A DNA stretch of 64,000 nucleotides from Amphiscolops sp. MND2022 (lineage: Eukaryota). Numbering within the stretch: the first letter of the stretch is position 1; every line of letters starts with the position of its first letter. The DNA lies in NCBI GenBank assembly GCA_964187785.1, contig OZ076409.1:74402001-74466000 (forward strand). Reading direction: 5' to 3'. Below the pieces are notes generated by a model. It was not told the origin of the DNA and searched no databases. It saw only the letters and a program-made list of their open reading frames with translations. Below are positions 36,952 through 51,062 of this stretch, piece by piece. Position numbers and translations under genes: made by a program.

Positions 36952-38226
36952 GTGGCCGTGTCTTTTCGACGTGCTTTTGCATTGAGGAGTGGGTAGGGCC
37001 CCGCGACGACCTAGAAGAATTGGATGCTCACCGAAACGTGCAGAATTCTACGAGATCTCATAGTTTGAGCCATACGATTTTTCTGAAATTTGGCATGTGG
37101 CCTGGAATTGGTGAGTAGGTAAAACGTGTAGAAGGTAATTTTTCCCAAATTCCACTGTGAGAGGAGATATGGGCAAATAACGGACCCAAAAATGGCAAAA
37201 ATGCACATTTTTCAACTTTGTCAGCCAATATCTCTTTTCCAGGTGCCCGTAGCGTTCCGCACGTGGACATCAATATTGCTCAGCGCTGTTGGAGGAGTGC
37301 GTGGACAAATTTTGGTTTAAATCGGACTTAAACTTGACGAGAAATTAACGGTTTTTTGGGCGTTTCCGGGGTAAATTTTTTAACGGTCCAGCTTATCTTT
37401 GCCATTTTTTCGAAAATGTACATGCCTAAAGGCCTCCCCCTGGCCGAATTTACTCCCAGCAAACCCATTTGGCCCTAAATACGGAGTTTCAGCGTTCCAG
37501 CATTCCGGGGCGGAAAGTTGTGGGACTTGGAAAAATTTCAAAATTTTTTCAAAAATTTTTTTTCCCGTTTTCCGGGCCCCCAATGAAGGGGAACGACCCC
37601 CCAACCAGTATTTTGAGTGAATTCATGTGGAACGCCCATGTTTGGAGGAGAAAAATGCCGTTTAGTACATCTTTTTATCTTAACTTGACATTGACTTATG
37701 ACGTTTTGAATGTGATGTTAGGATATATGAAGCATGTTAAAAGTTGGAGTTTTGAGACTTTATCTCATCGGAAAACCATTGAGATACAAGCAGTTTTGCT
37801 AAAAACGATTTTCATTGTAGATTAGCAGAGTATTAGTACACTTTGATGTCATTTGAGTATTTTTTTCTTCTATATAATAACTGTTTTTATGTATTTATTC
37901 CAATTTATCTCATCTCATTTTAACATCAAGCAGTTGAGTACATTTCATCTCCCTTTCGCGATGTACTCGCTAAAAACCTAATGCTATGGCGCCAATGTTT
38001 GGATGGGAAGTTTTCTATGCTTTGAAAAAAGTTATTTTTAATTACTTGATTTTTTAAAACAATAATTAACATGAAGTACATTACTTGCTCCTACTACTAC
38101 CACCATACATCTCTAACGTCAACGCCCCCTGCTTGCATCAACGCCCCATCGTCCGTGGGCATGCCGAGGCATGCCCTTCGACGACGTATGCCAAATGCCC
38201 AGTGCCACGCAGTCTTTCCCCGCTAG
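36952..38226 (+). mobile_element. Monomer U28, family A (1275 bp), internal hairpin damaged
   Basis: Near-identical to U1; right inner arm of the hairpin deleted near 37958. Confidence 0.6.
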
Positions 38227-39512
38227 GTGGCCGGAAATTTTTTTTTTCATCAAAATCTTTGCCATTGGGGGAGGGGCCCCGGATGGCCAGTAGTACGGGA
38301 TAGCTTCCTACCAAATCCAGATGGAAAAAACGTGATTTTGGAAACTAGCCGTCAGAATTTGCTCAAATTTTGCATACGGCTTCCTATGACAATCCTAAGA
38401 ACTAATCCCTACTGGCATTTTGCCCAAAAAACGCAAAAAGTTGGTCAAAATCTTAGTTTTTTGGTCAAAAAATGGCGTTTTTTCGAAAAAAAATTTTTTC
38501 AGAGACAATTACTCGTAACTGGTTCACCCAGCGCAAAAACGCCTAGCTGATTTATTGTTGGGCACTTCATGAGGAGTGCGTATACAAATTTTCGTCCAAA
38601 TCGGAAGAAAAATGACTAAGTATTAGCCGGAATTCGGACGCATTTTTTCGCAAATTTTTGAAAACCTAGTCTATCTCTGCCGTTTTTTGCCCAGATTTTT
38701 TTCCAGGTCCTCTCCTAAAGGCCTCCCCTGGCCGGTTTACTTCCCAGAAAAACCAATTGGCCCTAAATACGGAGTTTCAGCGTTCTAGCATTCCCGGGCG
38801 AAAAGATGTGGGACTTAGAAAAAATTCAAAATTTTTCAAAATTTTTTTTTCGTTTTCCGGCCCCCCAATGAAGGGGAACGACCCCCCAACGAGGATTTTT
38901 GGTGAATTCACGTGGAAAGGCCTTGTTTTGTGGAGCAAATTGCCGTTTAGAGCAACTTTTTATCTTAACTTGACGTTGACCTCTGTCGTTTTGAATTTGA
39001 TATTAGTATGTGTTGAGCATGTGAAAAGTTCATGATTTCAATTGTTCTCTCGTGTTCAAGCCATTGAGATACAAGCGGTAGTGATCAAAATGTGATTTAT
39101 CGCAATTTGGTGGTGTTTTTGGTGTATTTTGATTCTTTTAAATAAAAAGTTGTTCTTTATATATTTGGTGTATTGATTCAAATTAACAAGAAACAGTTGA
39201 GTACATTTCATCTCCCCCCTTGTGGGGGAGATGAGGATGTACCCGCTAAATGACACGCACAATGGCCTAATTTTGTTTTTATGCGACATTTTCTAGGCTT
39301 TTGCGCAAGCCCACTAAAATTTAGACTGGTTTCCTTTTCTTTTACTCCAAAATTTTCCGTACTAACCACCTTACGCACCACCAGCTCAACGTAACATCTG
39401 TAACGTCAACGCCACACACTCTCACTAACGCCCACCGTCCGTGGGCATGCCGAGGCATGCCCTTCGACGACGTATGCCAAATAGCGCCACAGGGCGCAAA
39501 CATTTCCGCTAG
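38227..39512 (+). mobile_element. Monomer U29, family B (1286 bp)
   Basis: Near-identical to U5. Confidence 0.6.
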
Positions 39513-40797
39513 GTGCCGGGATTTCTATTCGTTCGAGTATGTGGCGCGTGTGGGTAGGGCCCCTGGCGCGCTCTTTTATTTCGGGTACACCTACTCCAAA
39601 TTCACGATGTGATTTCGACGATCTCGTAAACTAGCCACACGATTTGGCTGAAATTTGGCACACGTACCCCCCTCGGCACGGTGAAGATGATTTCCTACTG
39701 ACGTTTTTCCCGCTAAACATTTTTTGTTGACCAAAATAACGGTTTTTGGGGTAAAATTTTCAACTTTTTTCAAATTTTATCTTATATCTCGCTACAGGTA
39801 CACGCTAGCGCTTCCAAACCTTTCTGACGAAAGTTTGCAAACTGTCTCAGGAATGCTGTGTGAAATTTTTAGCTCAATCGGACTTAAACTCGAGGAGATA
39901 TAGCGTTTTTCCGGAGCGGGGGGGTTTCATTTTTCTAACGGTCCAGCTTATCTTTGCCATTTTTTCGAAAATGCACTCGCCTAAAGGCCTCCCCTGGCCG
40001 GTTTTATTCCCAGCAAAACCATTTGGCCCTAAATACGGAGTTTCAGCGTTCCAGCATTCCCGGGCGAAAAGTTGTGGGACTTAGAAAATTTCAAAAATTT
40101 TCAAAAATTTTTTTTTCCGTTATTTGGGCCCCCAAAGTGGGGGAAAAGACCCCCCAACCAGTAAAGCAAGTGAATGCATGTGCAAAGCCCTTGTTTAGAG
40201 GAGAAAAATGCCGTTTAGAACGTCTTTTTATCTTGGCTCAACGTTGACTTATGACGTTTTGAAGGTGATGTTTGGAGGTGTAAATCACGTGAATAGTAAA
40301 CGTTATGAGTATTTATCTGATCTGAAAGCCATTGAGATGCAATATGGTTTGCTCAAATCGTAATTCATGGCAGTTTGGCAATCAATCAACACCCTTTGTT
40401 GTCGTTTGACATACTTTTTTGTTGTTATAATAAAAATTTTGTGTATTTGTTCATTTTTTTCTCATCAAATAACTTGAAACAGTTGAGTACATTCCATCCC
40501 CCCTTCCGGGGGAGATGAGAATGTACTCGCAAAAAGCAGCGAATTACGGCCCTTACCTTCCCGAGCTACGCAGTATAAGGATTACATATTGGTTCCGACA
40601 TTTTCATAGAGTTAAATCTTGGTAATCTGTCTGGATATGCAGAAAAATCAGCACGTGCCTTTTAATACCAAGTTGCTCACAACGACAATTATTTTATATC
40701 AACGCCCCCATATTTATCAACGCCCCCCGTCCGTGGGCATGCCGAGGCATGCCCTTCGACGACGTATACCAAGATATGCGTTAACGCGTTAGCCTAG
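39513..40797 (+). mobile_element. Monomer U30, family M (1285 bp)
   Basis: Similar to U2. Confidence 0.6.
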
Positions 40798-42084
40798 GTG
40801 CCGGGATTTTCTATTCGACAAGTTTGCGCGCCTTGGGGAGGGTCCCTTTGCGCGCTTTAAGATCCAGGTGTTTCCAACTCCTAAACGGGCATGTGATTTC
40901 GACGATCTCCTAAACTAGCCATACGATTTGGCTGAAATTTGGCACACGTACCCCCCTCGGCACGGTGAAGATGATTCCCTACTGACGTTTTGCTCGCTAA
41001 ACATTTTTTGTTGACCAAAATAACGGTTTTTGGGGTAAAATTTTCAACTTTTTTTAAATTTCATCTTATATCTCGCCACGGGTACACGCTAGCGCTTCAA
41101 AACCTTGCTGACGAAAGCTTGCAAACTGTCTCGGGAATGCGGTGTGAAATTTTCAGCTCAATCGGACTTAAACTCGAGGAGATATAGCGTTTTTCCGGAG
41201 CGGGGGGGTTTCATTTTTCTAACGGTCCAGCTTATCTTTGCCATTTTTTCGAAAATGTACTCGTCTAAAGGCCTCCCCTGGCCGGTTTTATTCCCAGCAA
41301 AACCATTTGGCCCTAAATACGGAGTTTCAGCGTTCCAGCATTTCCGGGCGAAAAGTTGTGGGACTTAGAAATTTTCAAAAATTTTCAAAAATTTTTTTTC
41401 CGTTATTTGGTCCCCCAAAGTGGGGGAAAAGACCCCCCAACCAGTAAAGCAAGTGAAAGCATGTGCAAAGCCCTTGTTTGGACGAGAAAATTGCCGTTTA
41501 GAACGTCTTTTTATCTTGGCTCAACGTTGACTTATGACGTTTTGAAGGTGATGTTTGGAGGTGTAAAGCAAGTGATTAGTAAACGTTATGAGTATTTATC
41601 TGATCTGAAAGCCATTGAGATGCAAAATGGTTTGCTCAAAACGTAATTCATTGCAGTTTGGCAATCAATCAACACCCTTTGTTGTCGTTTGACATACTTT
41701 TTTGTTGTTATAATAAAAAATTTTGTGTATTTATTCATTTTTTTCTCATCAAATAACTTGGAACAGTTGAGTACATTCCATCCCCCCCTTCCGGGGGAGA
41801 TGAGAATGTACTCGCAAAAAGCACCGAACTACGGCCCTTACCTTCCCGAGCTACGCAGTATAAGGATTACATATTGGTTCCGACATTTTCATAGAGTTAT
41901 ATCTTGGTAATCTGTCTGGATATGCCGAAAAATCAGCACGTGCCTTTTAATACCAAGTTGCTCACAACGACAATTATTTTATATCAACGCCCCCATATTT
42001 ATCAACGCCCCCCGTCCGTGGGCATGCCGAGGCATGCCCTTCGACGACCCGCACCAAAATATGCGTTAGCGCGGTAGCAGCTAG
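40798..42084 (+). mobile_element. Monomer U31, family M (1287 bp)
   Basis: Near-identical to U46. Confidence 0.6.
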
Positions 42085-43366
42085 GTGGCCGTGTCTTTTC
42101 GACGTGCTTTTGCATTGAGGAGTGGGTAGGGCCCCGCGACGACCTAGAAGAATTGGATGCTCACCGAAACGTGCAGAATTCTACGAGATCTCATAGTTTG
42201 AGCCATACGATTTTTCTGAAATTTGGCATGTGGCCTGGAATTGGTGAGTAGGTAAAACGTGTAGAAGGTAATTTTTCCCAAATTCCACTGTGAGAGGAGA
42301 TATGGGCAAATAACGGACCCAAAAATGGCAAAAATGCACATTTTTCAACTTTGTCAGCCAATATCTCTTTTCCAGGTGCCCGTAGCGTTCCGCACGTGGA
42401 CATCAATATTGCTCAGCGCTGTTGGAGGAGTGCGTGGACAAATTTTGGTTTGAATCGGACTTAAACTTGACGAGAAATTAACGGTTTTTTGGGCGTTTCC
42501 GGGGTAAATTTTTTAACGGTCCAGCTTATCTTTGCCATTTTTTCGAAAATGTACATGCCTAAAGGCCTCCCCCTGGCCGAATTTACTCCCAGCAAACCCA
42601 TTTGGCACTAAATACGGAGTTTCAGCGTTCCAGCATTCCGGGGCGGAAAGTTGTGGGACTTGGAAAAATTTCAAAATTTTTTCAAAAATTTTTTTTCCCG
42701 TTTTCCGGGCCCCCAATGAAGGGGAACGACCCCCCAACCAGTATTTTGAGTGAATTCATGTGGAACGCCCATGTTTGGAGGAGAAAAATGCCGTTTAGCA
42801 CATCTTTTTATCTTAACTTGACATTGACTTATGACGTTTTGAATGTGATGTTAGGATATATGAAGCATGTTAAAAGTTGAAGTTTTGAGTCTTTATCTCA
42901 TCGGAAAACCATTGAGATACAAGCAGTTTTGCTAAAAACGATTTTCATTGTAGGTTAGCAGAGTATTAGTACACTTTGATGTCATTTGAGTATTTTTTTC
43001 TTCTATATAATAACTGTTTTTATGTATTTATTCCAATTTATCTCATCTTTTAACATCAAGCAGTTGAGTACATTTCATCTCCCTTTCGGGGGAGATGAGA
43101 ATGTACTCGCTAAAAACCTAATGCTATGGCGCCAATGTTTGGATGGGAAGTTTTCTATGCTTTGAGAAAAGTTATTTTTAATTACTTGATTTTTTAAAAC
43201 AATAATTAACATGAAGTACATTACTTGCTCCTACTACTACCACCATACATCTCTAACGTCAACGCCCCCTGCTTGCATCAACGCCCCATCGTCCGTGGGC
43301 ATGCCGAGGCATGCCCTTCGACGACGTATGCCAAATGCCCAGTGCCACGCAGTCTTTCCCCGCTAG
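42085..43366 (+). mobile_element. Monomer U32, family A (1282 bp)
   Basis: Near-identical to U1/U28/U38. Confidence 0.6.
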
Positions 43367-44682
43367 GTGCCCGGATTTCTATTCATTAAAGTATGTTGCG
43401 CGTGTGGGTAGGGCCCCTGGCGCGCTCTTGTGTCCCTGTTCTCATAACTGCAATTTCCGGCAGCATTCTGAGCGATTTTCTAAACTATCCATACGATTCG
43501 GCTGAAATTTGGCATGTGAGTTCCTATGACAGTTCTAAGAAACATTTCCTACTGGCGTTTTGCCCGGAAAATTTTTTTTGTTGACTTATAACGGTTTTTT
43601 TGGCCAAAAAATGCGATTTTTTCAAAAAAAATTTTTTTCGGAGCCCATATCTTTTTTCAGGGTGCCCGGAGCGGGACGCGTTAAACTGATTATAAACTCT
43701 ACGGTTCATGGGCTTTACGGAGAACCTAGGCTCGTTTCGATCGGACAAATAGTCTTGGAGATATAACGGCATTTTTTGGGAATTTTTTGGAAATTTTTCT
43801 AACGGTCCAGCTTATCTTTGCCATTTTTTCGAAAATGTACTCGCCTAAAGGCCTCCCCTGGCCGGTTTTAATCCCAGCAAAACCATTTGGCCCTAAATAC
43901 GGAGTTTCAGCGTTCCAGCATTCCCGGGCGAAAAGTTGTGGGACTTAGAAAAATTTCAAAATTTTTCAAAAAATTTTTTTCCGTTTTCCGCCCTCCCCCC
44001 CGAGGGGAAAAGACCCCCCAACCAGTAATTTGAGTGAATTCATGTGGAAAGGCCATGTTTAGAGAAGAAAAATGCCGTTTAGATCGTCTTTTTATTTTAA
44101 CCTGTCGTTGACTTATGTTGTTTTGAAGGTGATGTTTGGATGTGTGAAGCATGTGAAAAGGTAATTTATTGTGTCTTTAGCTCTTCTAAAAGTCATTGAG
44201 ATACACGGTGTGTGACTCAGAACGTGTTTAATTCTAATTTAGCAATGCATCAACACTTTTTTGTGTCTTTTGACTCTGTTTTAAAAAATTTTTCCGACTA
44301 AAATCAAAAATTATTTATAATTATTCACATTTTTTTTCTGATCTCATGACTCGAAACAGTTGAGTACATTCCATCTCCCTTCACGGGGGAGATGAGAATG
44401 TACTCTTTAGAGACCAGGTACTACAGTACTTACCTTCCCCGAGCAACGCCCCATAAAAATTGCGTTTTGATCCAGATATTTTGACATAATTTTATCTTTG
44501 TAATTTGACTGGAAATGAAGAAAATGCCGCACGTGCTCTTTTATATCAAGTATCTTAACAACGCCATCTCTTTTACGTCAACGCCCCATAGTTCACATCA
44601 ACGCCCACCGTCCGTGGGCATGCCGAGGCATGCCCTTCGACGACGTATACCAAGATATACTCCCGAGCGCGGTAGCCGCTAG
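43367..44682 (+). mobile_element. Monomer U33 (1316 bp), mosaic
   Basis: U12-like middle, U3-related tail. Confidence 0.6.
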
Positions 44683-45954
44683 GTGGCCGGAAATTTTTTT
44701 TTCATCAAAATCTTTGCCATTGGGGGAGGGGCCCCGGATGGCCAGTAGTACGGGATAGCTTCCTACCAAATCCAGATGGAAAAAACGTGATTTCGGAAAC
44801 TAGCCGTCAGAATTTGCTCAAAATTTGCATACGGCTTCCTATGACAATCCTAAGAACTAATCCCTACTGGCATTTTGCCCGAAAAACGCAAAAAGTTGGT
44901 CAAAATCTTAGTTTTTTGGTCAAAAAATGGCGGTTTTTCGAAAAAAAAATTTTTCAGAGACAATTACTCGGAACTGGTTCACCTAGCGCAATAACGCCTA
45001 GCTGATTTATTGTTGGGCACTTCATTAGGAGTACGTATAAAAATTTTCGTCCAAATCGGATAAAAATTGATTGAGAAATAACTGAAATTTTGAGGCATTT
45101 TTTTGGAAATTTTTGAAATCCCAGTCTATCTCTGCCGTTTTTTGCCCAGATTTTTTTCCAGACACTTTCCTAAAGACCTCCCCTGGCCGGTTTACCTCCC
45201 GGCAAAACCATTTGGCCCTAAATACGGAGTTTCAGCATTCCAGCAAACCCCGGGTAAAAGATAAATGACTTAGAATTTTTTCGAAAAATTTTCAAAAAAT
45301 TTTTTTTTCAAATTCAGGCCTCCCAAAGTCAAGAAACTTCCACACAACTAGGATTGCAAGTGATAGCATGTGGAAAGTGCTTGAATAGACGAGAATAATT
45401 AGCTATTATACGACTCTGTAGCTTAACCTGACGTTGACTTATGATAATTTTAGTGTCAGCTTCGTATGTGCTGAAAAAATCAAAGAAACCTAAAAGTCTT
45501 TTAAAAGTAATCACAATACGTCCAATGAACCACAGAGCTGTTAAATTGCCGTTGTGCAATGGAGCAACACCATTTAGAGTGTTTTGACCCATTTTGATAA
45601 GTTTTGATACCGTCTTGTTCATCTGATAGCACAAAACAGTTGAGTACATTCCATCTCCCCCCTTGTGGGGGAGATGAGAATGTACTCGCTAAAAGTCAGG
45701 TACTATAGCACCCATTTTGTTTTATTCGACGCTAGTGATGCTATTGCACACGAATACAATAGTTTTGTCAAATAATGTTTAACATGATGAATCTTACTAT
45801 ACCTTTAGTGTACGTTAACCTACTACTACAACATCGCAGCCCTAACGTCAACGCCACATACTCGCATCAACGCCCACCGTCCGTGGGCATGCCGAGGCAT
45901 GCCCTTCGACGACGTATGCCAAATAGCGCCACAGGGCGCAAACTTGTCCGCTAG
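44683..45954 (+). mobile_element. Monomer U34 (1272 bp), B head
   Basis: U5/U29 head, U22-type tail. Confidence 0.6.
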
Positions 45955-47221
45955 GTGCCGGGATTTCTATTCGTTCGAGGAAGTGGCGCGTGTGGGTAGG
46001 GCCCCTGGCGCGCTCTTGTGTTTCGGGTTCTCCTACTCCTAATTCACACCCAAGATTTCTCGGATCTCGTAAACTATCCATACGATTTGGCTGAAATTTG
46101 GCACACAGCTCCGTTGGAACATTGTAAGAACAAATCCCTACTGACGTTTTGCCCGCTAAACATTTTTTGTTGGTCAAAAATGCGATTTTCCGACAAAATT
46201 TTTGACTTTTTTTTCTTTTTCAACTCATATCTCGCCACAGGGTCACGCTAGCGCTTCGCAGCCTATGATCCTTTTTTGTAGGGCGTTGTCTGTAGAACAC
46301 GTATGCCAAATTTGGTGGCGATCGGACTTAAACTCAGCGAGATAGAGCCATTTTTTAGGTGCATTTTTTGACATTTTTTGCATTTGCCGATTTATCTCTG
46401 CCATTTTTTGCCCAAATTTTTTTTGAGACACTCTCCTAAAGACCTCCCCTGGCCGGTTTACCTCCCAACAAAACCATTTGGCCCTAAATACGAAGTTTCA
46501 GCGTTCTAGCATTCTCGGGCGAAATGTTGTGGGACTTATAAAAATTTTTTGGAAACGCAAAATGTGTAAAGTCAACTTCAGGCCTCCCAAAGTCAAAGAA
46601 CTTCCACACAACTAGTATTGCAAGTGAATGCATGTGGAAAGTACTGGAATAGACGAGAAAAATGAGCTATAGAACGACTCTGTAGCTTAACCTGACGTTG
46701 ACTTATGATGTTTTGAATGTTTGCTTGCTAAGTGGTCCGAAATTGAAAATTTTTAAAGAATATTTATATCGTCAAAAAATCATCGGAATGCCTGCAATAT
46801 ACAGTAGAGCGTGTTCAATTGTAGCTGACTAATGCATAAACGCCGCTCAAGGTCTTTTAACGCAGTTTCAATTTTTTTTACACTGTATTATCCATCCGAG
46901 AGATCGAAACAGTTGAGTACATTCCATCTCCCTCCCGGGGGAGATGAGAATGTACTCGCTAAAGTCCAGATACTACAGCCCATATTTGTTTCTCTGCAAC
47001 GCCATCTAAGCTACTGCACATAATTACTATTCTTAAGACTGAATTTTGCCTTCACTTTGACTTGACATATGCTGAAGGTTTGATCCTTACACACATCAAC
47101 ATTACCTGAACAAAACAATCCCAACATCAACGCCCAACACTCACATCAACGCCCACCGTCCGTGGGCATGCCGAGGCATGCCCTTCGACGACGTATGCCA
47201 AATGAGCGCGGTAGCAGCTAG
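45955..47221 (+). mobile_element. Monomer U35 (1267 bp)
   Basis: U14/U16-like middle. Confidence 0.6.
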
Positions 47222-48499
47222 GTGGCCGGGAATTTTTTTTTTCAGCAAAATCTTTGCCATTGGGGGAGGGGCCCCGGATGGCCAGTAGTTCGGCTTGGCT
47301 ACCTGCAAAATCAGGTACAAAAAAACACGATCTCAAAATTGGCCCGTCAGAATTCGCTCATTTTTTGCATGCGGCCCTAGAATCAATATATAAGAACAAA
47401 GTCCTGCTGACGTATTGCCGAAAAAACTTTTTTTGTTGACCAAAAATAACATTTTTCATGCCAAAATGACCGTTTTTTCACATTTTTCAACTTTGAGAGC
47501 TCATATCTCGTTCCCAGGTGCCCGGAGCCGTTCGCACGTGAACTGCAATATTGCTCAGCGTTGTTAACGGAGTGCGTGGACAAATTTTGGTCCAAATCGG
47601 ACTTAAACTCGGGGAGATATAAACGGATTTTTGGGGGTTTCCGGGGTAAATTTTTTAACGGTCCAGCTTATCTTTGCCATTTTTTGGAAAATGTACTCGC
47701 CTAAAGGCCTCCCCCTGGCCGAATTTACTCCTAGCAAAACCATTTGGCCCTAAATACGGAGTTTCAGCGTTCTAGCATTTCCGGGCGAAAAGTTGTGGGA
47801 CTTAGAAAAAATTCAAAATTTTTCAAAATTTTTTTTTTCGTTTTCCGGCCCCCCAATGAAGGGGAACGACCCCCCAACTAGGATTTTTGGTGAATCCATG
47901 CGAAAAGGTCTTGTTTGGTGGAGAAAAATGCCGTTTAGAGCGACTTTTTATCTTAACTTGACGTTGACTTATGTCGTTTTGAATTTGATATTAGTATGTG
48001 TTGAGCATGTGAAAAGTTGAATATTTCAGTTGTTCTTTCGTGTTAGCCATTGAGATACAAGCTGTAGTGATCAAATTGTGATTTTTTGCAGTTTCGTGGT
48101 GCTTTTGGTATATTTTGATTCTTTTGATAAAAAAGTTGTTCTTTATATATTGACAATTTTGGTGTATTGATTCAAATGAACATGAAACAGTTGAGTACAT
48201 TTCATCTCCCTCTTGGGGGAGATGAGAATGTACTCGCTAAAGTCCTAGTACTATGGCCCATTTTTGTTTTTATCAGACGCAGATACTGCCAACGGATACT
48301 TTTTGTTGGTGAAACTTTCCCCTGCACAAAGTCTTTAGAAGCTAGAAATCTCTATGTCTCTAGCTTACTTCTCCTACAAATTCGTCACCGACGTCAACGC
48401 CACACACTCTCACTAACGCCCACCGTCCGTGGGCATGCCGAGGCATGCCCTTCGACGACGTATGCCAAATAGCGCCACAGGGCGCCCAATTTTGTCTAG
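47222..48499 (+). mobile_element. Monomer U36 (1278 bp)
   Basis: Near-identical to U27. Confidence 0.6.
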
Positions 48500-49778
48500 G
48501 TGGTCCGGTACACTACCAACAAAACATTGTCGCGAGCAACGGGGAGGGTCCTGTAGCGAGCTTTATAGGAAAAAAACGGCGGAGCATATATACTAGGCAA
48601 CATCGGCACTTTTACCCACGATCTCTGAAATGAACCATACGATCCGGCTCAAAATTTGCATACGGCTTCCTCTAGCGATTCTAAGAACTTTTCCCTACTG
48701 GCATTTTGCCCGGAAAAATCAAAATGTTGGTCAAAATCTTAATTTTAGGGTCAAAAAACGACGTTTTTTCAAAAAAATTTTTTTGAGAGCACATATCTCG
48801 CTCCCAGGTGCCCGGAGCGGGTCGCACGTGGAGGTTGATATTGCTAGGCACTTCGTAAGGAGTCCGTAGACAAATTTTCGTTCAGATCAGATTAAAATTG
48901 ACTGAGTAATTGTCGAAATTCTGACGATTTTTCTCGAAATTTTTTCACACCCTAGTCTATCTCTGCCGTTTTTCGCCCAGATTTTTTTCCAGGACCTCTC
49001 CTAAAGGCCTCCCCTGGCCGGTTTACCTCCCAGAAAAACCATTTGGCCCTTTTGCCGCAGTTTCAGCGATCCAGGATTCCCCGGGTAAAAGTAAAATGAC
49101 TTAGAATTTTTTCGAAAAATTTTCAAAAATTTTTTTTTCAACTTTAGGCCTCCCAAAGTCAAGAAACGTCCAAACAACTAGTATTGCAAGTGGATGCATG
49201 TGGAAAGTGCTCGAATAGACGAGAAAAATGAGCTATTATAAACCTCTGTAGCTTAACTTGACGTTGACTTATGACATTTTTAGTGTGAGCTTGCTACGTG
49301 ACAAAAAATTTCAAAAAATGAAAGTGGAAGCTAAGTCTCATCGGAATACGTTCAGTGGACCCCAGCGCTGTTTAAATGCCGCTGTTTAGTGCAGCAACGC
49401 CCTTTAAGGTCATTTGATCCATTTTTTACAGGTTTTGACACCGTCTTATCCATTCGAAAGTTCGAAAGAGTTGTGTACATTCCATCTCCCCCCTTCTATG
49501 GGGGAGATGGTAATGTACACGCAAAAAGCCAAGTACTACTGTTCTTTTTATACTTGGAGTGGCCTCGGCAATGCAGTAGCGGGAGCTCCAGGTCGTTTGC
49601 CGTAGCCTTATTGTCTGTTTAGACTTTGCTACAACAGAAACTATGTTACTGAACATGAAAAAGATTGTTTCAATCCAAATGTTTTTTCAAATAATAATAC
49701 CAAATAACACATGTCCATATATCCACTATTGCCACTAAATACTGGCGCATCGTCGCACAACGAAGCCTGCAGCGCTAG
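48500..49778 (+). mobile_element. Monomer U37 (1279 bp), lacks subterminal palindrome
   Basis: Related to U17; ends GCAGCGCTAG|GTG. Confidence 0.6.
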
Positions 49779-51062
49779 GTGGCCGTGTCTTTTCGACGTG
49801 CTTTTGCATCGAGGAGTGGGTAGGGCCCCGCGACGACCTAGAAGAATTGGATGCTCACCGAAACGTGCAGAATTCTACGAGATCTCATAGTTTGAGCCAT
49901 ACGATTTTTCTGAAATTTGGCATGTGGCCTGGAATTGGTGAGTAGGTAAAACGTGTAGAAGGTAATTTTTCCCAAATTCCACTGTGAGAGGAGATATGGG
50001 CAAATAACGGACCCAAAAATGGCAAAAATGCACATTTTTCAACTTTGTCAGCCAATATCTCTTTTCCAGGTGCCCGTAGCGTTCCGCACGTGGACATCAA
50101 TATTGCTCAGCGCTGTTGGAGGAGTGCGTGGACAAATTTTGGTTTAAATCGGACTTGAACTTGACGAGAAATTAACGGTTTTTTGGGCGTTTCCGGGGTA
50201 AATTTTTTAACGGTCCAGCTTATCTTTGCCATTTTTTCGAAAATGTACATGCCTAAAGGCCTCCCCCTGGCCGAATTTACTCCCAGCAAACCCATTTGGC
50301 CCTAAATACGGAGTTTCAGCGTTCCAGCATTCCGGGGCGGAAAGTTGTGGGACTTGGAAAAATTTCAAAATTTTTTCAAAAATTTTTTTTCCCGTTTTCC
50401 GGGCCCCCAATGAAGGGGAACGACCCCCCAACCAGTATTTTGAGTGAATTCATGTGGAACGCCCATGTTTGGAGGAGAAAAATGCCGTTTAGCACATCTT
50501 TTTATCTTAACTTGACATTGACTTATGACGTTTTGAATGTGATGTTAGTTAACATATGAAGCATGTTAAAAGTTGAAGTTTTGAGTGTTTATCTCATCGG
50601 AAAACCATTGAGATACAAGCAGTTTTGCTAAAAACGATTTTCATTGTAGGTTAGCAGAGTATTAGTACACTTTGATGTCATTTGAGTATTTTTTTCTTCT
50701 ATATAATAACTGTTTTTATGTATTTATTCCAATTTATCTCATCTTTTAACATCAAGCAGTTGAGTACATTTCATCTCCCTTTCGGGGGAGATGAGAATGT
50801 ACTCGCTAAAAACCTAATGCTATGGCGCCAATGTTTGGATGGGAAGTTTTCTATGCTTTGAAAAAAGTTATTTTTAATTACTTGATTTTTTAAAACAATA
50901 ATTAACATGAAGTACATTACTTGCTCCTACTACTACCACCATACATCTCTAACGTCAACGCCCCCTGCTTGCATCAACGCCCCATCGTCCGTGGGCATGC
51001 CGAGGCATGCCCTTCGACGACGTATGCCAAATGCCCAGTGCCACGCAGTCTTTCCCCGCTAG
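49779..51062 (+). mobile_element. Monomer U38, family A (1284 bp)
   Basis: Near-identical to U32. Confidence 0.6.
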
